Part shown: piece after piece, positions 59,125 to 64,000 of the stretch | Layout of the letters: every line of letters begins with the position of its first letter | Position numbering within the stretch: position 1 is the first letter of the stretch | From: Bacteroidia bacterium | Lineage (GTDB): Bacteria > Bacteroidota > Bacteroidia > AKYH767-A > OLB10 | Reading direction: 5' to 3' | Assembly: GCA_035340715.1 (NCBI GenBank) | Contig: DAOQTX010000001.1 | Span: forward strand, 7,894 to 71,893 | Length of the DNA: 64,000 nucleotides | The notes under the pieces: generated by a model | The model's input: the letters and a program-made list of their open reading frames with translations, nothing else | What the model was told of the DNA's origin: nothing | Databases searched by the model: none | Position numbers and translations under genes: made by a program

Positions 59125-60174
59125 ATGAACAGCACCGTTAAAAAGCTTCTGATCACATTCGATTATGAATTATTTCTTGGCAGCCGAAGCGGTAAGGTTG
59201 ATTCTTGTTTAATGATTCCTACCAAGAAGATTCTAAGTGCTATGGAAGAGTACGGAATAAAAGCCATCTTTTTTATTGATACCACTTACTTATTAAAGCT
59301 GAAAGAATACAGCATCAAATACGATTTGTGTAAAAGAGACCTGGAGCGCATTGTGTTGCAGATTCAACAAATGATCAAACAAGGGTGCTATGTATATCCT
59401 CACATACACCCTCATTGGCTCGATGCGGAGTATCTTCCACATCTAAATGAATGGTCTTTAAAGAATATCTCCCGTTATCGTTTTGAACAATGCGATACTG
59501 CTACGCAACAAAAATTATTTTCTGAATCGCACTTGTATTTGACCGAGATTATAAGAAAGGTAAACCCTACCTATGTATGTGATATGTACCGCGCAGGAGG
59601 GTGGAGTTTGCAACCGTTTGAAATGTTCGAGCCATTGTTCAGGCAATATGGTTATAAGTATGAATCGAGTGTATTGGCTGGATTTTATTCTTTTTCGAAT
59701 GCGCAACATTTTGATTTTAGTGAACATCCTTCAAAATACATTTATCGCTTTTCGTCTGATCCTTGCAAAGAAGAACTGAATGGCTTGTTTACAGAGTTCA
59801 GTAATCAATGCATATCCATCAGCAAAAAAAATGAACTCTTAAACAAATTCTGGCAAAAAATTGTAAAGCGCTTTTCAAGAGATTATAGTTTTGGCCGCGG
59901 AATAGGACAAAGCGAAAAAGCACTCTATCATGTAAAGCCTATAAATGCAAAGGGCATTCGATTGGGTGATTCGAATTATGAATACATCAGCATTGAAAAT
60001 ATGAGTGCGATAAAAAACAGTTTGTATAAAGACTTTTTTAATGTGCATGATTACATGATGTTTGTTAGTCATCCCAAAATGGTTACCAACCACAACCTAT
60101 ATTGTTTCAGTCGTTTTATGGACTCAATTTCAAATAGGCACTTGTTTGAAACTGACTTCAAAAGAATGATTTAA
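59125..60174 (+). CDS. Putative polysaccharide deacetylase-like (CE4/NodB-related) protein
   Basis: N-terminal segment (KKLLITFDYELFLGS...KAIFFIDT) resembles the start of the NodB-homology barrel. Histidine-rich region (YPHIHPHW). A FemAB-like neighbour is a known partner of this family in EPS loci. Call is tentative. Confidence 0.4.
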   Translation: MNSTVKKLLITFDYELFLGSRSGKVDSCLMIPTKKILSAMEEYGIKAIFFIDTTYLLKLKEYSIKYDLCKRDLERIVLQIQQMIKQGCYVYPHIHPHWLDAEYLPHLNEWSLKNISRYRFEQCDTATQQKLFSESHLYLTEIIRKVNPTYVCDMYRAGGWSLQPFEMFEPLFRQYGYKYESSVLAGFYSFSNAQHFDFSEHPSKYIYRFSSDPCKEELNGLFTEFSNQCISISKKNELLNKFWQKIVKRFSRDYSFGRGIGQSEKALYHVKPINAKGIRLGDSNYEYISIENMSAIKNSLYKDFFNVHDYMMFVSHPKMVTNHNLYCFSRFMDSISNRHLFETDFKRMI

Positions 60175-60248
60175 TCAATTTTCTTTACGTATTTTTGAAC
60201 ATATTGATTGGATATTATATTTAATCAAACTTTTTGAATGATACGGCC

Positions 60249-61382
60249 ATGATTTATTTAACCTTTGGAGATCAACCTTCGGGTGTATACAGCAGTCAGG
60301 TGATTGAGGTATGCAAACACCTTGAAAAATCTTTTCATATCCGGGTTAAATTAATTGCATTTATCTCTCTTCGCTCCTTTTTAAGTAATCGGTCAAAAAT
60401 AAAGGCACAGTATAAGAATTCTGTTGTGCTGCCAATGTTTCCTAAAATGAGATATTGGCGCTTTAACCTATTGACTTTATCTTTTATAAGCGCTTTCAAT
60501 CGAAAGCAATCCATCATTGCCCGAAATGTTATAGCCATGCAATTGGCATTGAAGCTTAAAAAATTCAGTTTAGCCAATAAAGTATGCTATGATGGGAGAG
60601 GTGCTATTGCAGCAGAATGGAATGAGTACAATGTTACCCCTGATGAGAAATTGAAAAGTGAGATTTTCAAATTAGAAGCCATTAGCGTTAAAAAAGCTGA
60701 TTTTAGAATTTCTGTTTCTTCGCAATTAATTACCTATTGGGCTGATACTTTTGGTTATCAATCTTGCGAGCATGTTATTATCCCTTGCACTTCGATGAAC
60801 CCTGAAATGGGTCAAAAAGTAATAAAGGATGAAGCCCGGAAAAAACTGAATATATCTGCAAATAATAAAGTCCTGATCTACGCAGGATCGGTAGCCGGAT
60901 GGCAGTCGTTTGAATTGGTGCATAATTTTTTAAAGCCTTGGCTTCAGAAAGATACCGGGAACAAAATAGTTTTTCTATCCAAAGAAGATAAAAACATCGA
61001 TTCGTTAAAAACTGAATTTCCGGAACAGATCATTCAAAAGTGGGTTTCCCATCAGGAAGTTGGGTCTATCATGTCGGCAGGCGATTATGGCTTGCTGATT
61101 CGGGAGAAGAGTGTTACCAATAGAGTATCATCGCCAACTAAGTTTGCAGAATATTTGGCGGCTGGATTGCCCGTTCTAATTTCAGATGGCATAGGTGATT
61201 ATACTGATTTTGTAAGGGAACATAATTGTGGAATCATCGTAAATGGAAATATGCCCGCTTCACTTCCTGAAGTATCGAATGACGATCAATTCAGGTATAA
61301 GGAATTGGTTCACAATTTGTTTACCAAAGAAGCTCAAAACGAGAAGTACAAAAAGGTTTTAAAAAAACTAAATGAGTTGTAA
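60249..61382 (+). CDS. GT-B fold glycosyltransferase (GT4-like). Start moved to ATG 60249.
   Basis: C-terminal GT-B nucleotide-sugar binding region (VLIYAGSVAGWQSFEL...EYLAAGLPVLISDGIGD). The ORF track starts at TTG 60234. Confidence 0.5.
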   Translation: MIYLTFGDQPSGVYSSQVIEVCKHLEKSFHIRVKLIAFISLRSFLSNRSKIKAQYKNSVVLPMFPKMRYWRFNLLTLSFISAFNRKQSIIARNVIAMQLALKLKKFSLANKVCYDGRGAIAAEWNEYNVTPDEKLKSEIFKLEAISVKKADFRISVSSQLITYWADTFGYQSCEHVIIPCTSMNPEMGQKVIKDEARKKLNISANNKVLIYAGSVAGWQSFELVHNFLKPWLQKDTGNKIVFLSKEDKNIDSLKTEFPEQIIQKWVSHQEVGSIMSAGDYGLLIREKSVTNRVSSPTKFAEYLAAGLPVLISDGIGDYTDFVREHNCGIIVNGNMPASLPEVSNDDQFRYKELVHNLFTKEAQNEKYKKVLKKLNEL

Positions 61383-61385
61383 AAT

Positions 61386-62294
61386 ATGAATACACGTGTT
61401 TTGATTACCGGTGGAGCCGGTTTTATTGGTTCGGCCGTAATCAATGATTTAGAAAAAGATCATGAAATATTTGTTATCGACAATCTCTCTTTTGGAAGTC
61501 GTTCATTTATAAAAACGGATGATGAACATTTTTTTGAAACCGATATACTCGACCGAAAAAAGATATTCGAAATAATGAATACCGTTAAACCGCAAATTGT
61601 GATTCATCTTGCGGCCATACATTTTATTCCTTATTGCAATCAACATCCTTATGAATCGTCCAATATTAATATTCAAGGGACCATCAATATGTTGGACGCC
61701 TGTGCTGAACAAAATGTAGAGAAGTTTTTCTTTGCCAGTACAGCAGCTGTCTATCCAATTTATGAAGAAGCGGTAAGTGAGGTACACCCCACCGGTCCAC
61801 TTGATATATACGGATTATCTAAACTTACCGGTGAACGTTTGTGCAATGAGTTCTTTTTGAAAAGTAACATCACCACAATCGTCTGCCGATTTTTTAATGC
61901 ATTCGGACCCAATGAAACCAATCCTCATCTGATTCCTGAAATTCAACAGCAAATAAATGAAGGGAAGCGAAAAATCTTTTTAGGTAATCTTACACCTAAG
62001 CGTGATTTTATTCATACCAGCGATATGGCTTCAGCGGTAAGAACATTATTGCAAAATGTAAAATCAGGAATTCATACGTATAATCTGGGAAGAGGAATAG
62101 AATATTCCGTAACCGAAATCGTTGAATCATTTGAAAGACAATTGAACGAGAAAGTACATATTGAAGTAGAAGCATCTCGTGTACGAAAAGTAGAACGTAT
62201 GCATCTTCTTGCCGATGTTAGCAAACTAAAAGCATTGGGCTGGGAACCCAAAATAGGAATTGATGAGGGCATCAAAACCTTAATCGAACAATAA
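61386..62294 (+). CDS. NAD-dependent sugar epimerase/dehydratase (extended SDR)
   Basis: Rossmann motif (VLITGGAGFIGS). Catalytic YxxxK (YGLSKLTGE). Size 302 aa. Confidence 0.75.
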   Translation: MNTRVLITGGAGFIGSAVINDLEKDHEIFVIDNLSFGSRSFIKTDDEHFFETDILDRKKIFEIMNTVKPQIVIHLAAIHFIPYCNQHPYESSNINIQGTINMLDACAEQNVEKFFFASTAAVYPIYEEAVSEVHPTGPLDIYGLSKLTGERLCNEFFLKSNITTIVCRFFNAFGPNETNPHLIPEIQQQINEGKRKIFLGNLTPKRDFIHTSDMASAVRTLLQNVKSGIHTYNLGRGIEYSVTEIVESFERQLNEKVHIEVEASRVRKVERMHLLADVSKLKALGWEPKIGIDEGIKTLIEQ

Positions 62295-62302
62295 GTGTTT
62301 AT

Positions 62303-63415
62303 ATGAAGATTATTTTTTGCACCGATGGTATTTTTCCTTTGGCCGTAGGGGGTATGCAACGCCACAGCCGTTTGTTGATTGAACAACTCGCGCTTTATAA
62401 AGACATAGAATTACATGTGCTTCATCCACACAAAAATTCTAAAATATTTAAAAGTCTTCCTTCCATTATCGAAACCGGAATCGAGTATAAAAGAAGTGGC
62501 AAATACATAGCCGACTGTTATGAATACTCTAAATCAATATTCAGCTATATAGAAAAACACCCTGATGCACTGATTTATAGTCAGGGACTATCGGTTTGGT
62601 TCATGATCAGTAAATTGAAAGGAAGAGTGATTGTAAATCCTCACGGTCTTGAACCGTTTCAAACACAAACGTTAAAGGATAGAATTATCACCATTCCATT
62701 CCGATTTGTATTCAATCATTTGTTTGAACAAGCCACTCATGTTATCTCTTTAGGAGGAAGGCTCACAAAAATTCTAAACAAAAAAGCAGGAAAGCAAAAA
62801 GTAGTAACCATTCCTAATGCAATAAACTTACCACACAAACCTACTCGTGAAACATTTAACGATTGTATTCATGTACTCTTTGTTGGACGCTTTGCTTTTA
62901 ACAAAGGGATTAAATATCTCATTGATGCCATTGATTTGTTAAATCAAGAAGGATTTGAACATAAATTCAAATTTACGTTGGTAGGAAAAGGACCTTTATA
63001 CGAATCGATTGTCGGTCAAAGTTCGTTTTCAAATTTATCGTTTGCAGGTGCAGCATCGGATGAAGATTTGAAGAAACTATATATGGAAGCAGATGTGTTT
63101 ATATTGCCCACTCTATTTGAAGGTATGCCTACAGTGGTTTTGGAGGCAATGGGATTTGCTTTACCTATTTTGGTAACCGACACCGGGGCCACTTGCTCTA
63201 TGGTTGATGAAACCAATGGATATATTATTGATAAAAAGTCTGCTGCCGATATTAAAGAAAAACTGATCGAATTTTCAAAACTCAGTACTGAAGAAAGAAA
63301 GAAAATGTCTGATGCTTCTTATGATAAAGTAAAGCAGAACTTTACATGGGATCATGTAGCCGAATTGCATGTAGATCTGTTTAAAAAAATGTCAACATCA
63401 AAAGAGCGTGTATGA
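62303..63415 (+). CDS. Glycosyltransferase family 4 (GT-B)
   Basis: N-terminal acceptor domain (GGMQRH). C-terminal EX7E-type motif region (FILPTLFEGMPTVVLEAMGFALPILVTDTGA). Confidence 0.75.
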   Translation: MKIIFCTDGIFPLAVGGMQRHSRLLIEQLALYKDIELHVLHPHKNSKIFKSLPSIIETGIEYKRSGKYIADCYEYSKSIFSYIEKHPDALIYSQGLSVWFMISKLKGRVIVNPHGLEPFQTQTLKDRIITIPFRFVFNHLFEQATHVISLGGRLTKILNKKAGKQKVVTIPNAINLPHKPTRETFNDCIHVLFVGRFAFNKGIKYLIDAIDLLNQEGFEHKFKFTLVGKGPLYESIVGQSSFSNLSFAGAASDEDLKKLYMEADVFILPTLFEGMPTVVLEAMGFALPILVTDTGATCSMVDETNGYIIDKKSAADIKEKLIEFSKLSTEERKKMSDASYDKVKQNFTWDHVAELHVDLFKKMSTSKERV

Positions 63416-64000
63416 TTATTTAAAACATAACAGCCATTTTATACTAATAGTATTTATATGGATAGCAGCCGGAATGGTTGTAAAGGAATCTGCTATGTTG
63501 CTCGTACCTGCATCCATACTGTTGTTTAAATTAAAAGGACGTTATGCAGAAATGCTCATCGGCTTTATTTTCATTCTAACAATGAGCGACAGCCGTGAAA
63601 CTGAAATGGCTTTTGCCAAGACTGTAAAAGATATTTATCTCGTAATGATGGCAGGGTTTCTAATATTTGACAGAAAAACATTCCAACAAAAAAACACTTT
63701 TATACACCCTTTCATCCCTTTTTTGATTTGGTCTTCCGTGATGATATTTTTCTCACCTATATCTACTGTTGCAGCTCAAAAAACATTATCATGGGGATTA
63801 CTATTCTTTACGGTTCCTGCCTTTTTCAATAAATGCATTGAGCAAGAAGGACTTACCTTCTTTCGAAAATATTTCTATCTCGTATTTTTTCTACTCGCTG
63901 CCGGTTTCATTTTAATGGTTCCATTTAGGGAAGCATTTTTTGTTACCGGTCGTTATAATGGTGTTATGGGGAATCCAAATGGAATAGGAATATTTTGCAC
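63408..64000 (+). CDS. Wzy/O-antigen ligase family polytopic membrane protein, 3' truncated by the window end
   Basis: Multiple TM helices. Characteristic RxxGxxGNPN motif (GRYNGVMGNPNGIGIF). The frame opens after a stop at 63381-63383. Start is either GTG 63408, overlapping the upstream GT by 8 nt, or ATG 63474. Confidence 0.5.
   Translation, partial: MYDYLKHNSHFILIVFIWIAAGMVVKESAMLLVPASILLFKLKGRYAEMLIGFIFILTMSDSRETEMAFAKTVKDIYLVMMAGFLIFDRKTFQQKNTFIHPFIPFLIWSSVMIFFSPISTVAAQKTLSWGLLFFTVPAFFNKCIEQEGLTFFRKYFYLVFFLLAAGFILMVPFREAFFVTGRYNGVMGNPNGIGIFC

Overview
This is an AT-rich Bacteroidetes chromosomal window. Supporting signs: TAnnTTTG -7 promoter-like motifs, a type IX secretion (T9SS) C-terminal sorting domain, and gliding-motility-type genes.

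The first ~31 kb is housekeeping and cell-envelope genes:
- coaX 3' end, an outer-membrane beta-barrel, a TPR protein, an LptC-like lipoprotein, a CNNM/CorC transporter and a PpiD-like PPIase.
- A GldH-like lipoprotein next to PSP1/RicT and holB.
- pgk, cvpA, a secreted VWA protein, cyclophilin and pheS.
- The block mutY, ssb, GldE-like CNNM, which is conserved in gliding Bacteroidetes.
- HU, a TPR protein, a bS22-like microprotein not in the ORF track, RNase G, PBP1a, scoAB and a SAM methyltransferase.
- A GT2 domain fused to a polytopic membrane domain, and a GH16-domain lipoprotein.

The dominant feature is one uninterrupted 18,159-nt gene on the minus strand (31037..49195) encoding a 6052-aa SprB-like cell-surface protein. 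It has an N-terminal signal peptide, two lamin-tail domains, duplicated unknown modules, roughly 32-35 tandem SprB repeats and a T9SS C-terminal sorting domain. A small secreted protein is encoded 38 nt upstream of it, and a strong terminator hairpin lies 38 nt downstream.

The last ~14 kb is a surface-polysaccharide locus:
- A divergent gmd-fcl pair (GDP-fucose).
- On the plus strand: a Wzc-like tyrosine autokinase, an MsbA-type ABC exporter, wecB, a FemAB/BioF2-like protein, a putative polysaccharide deacetylase, two GT-B glycosyltransferases, an NAD-dependent epimerase/dehydratase and the start of a Wzy/O-antigen-ligase-like membrane protein.

No tRNA, rRNA, CRISPR array, transposase or integrase was seen. 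Domain calls rest on motif recognition by eye and should be confirmed by profile searches.
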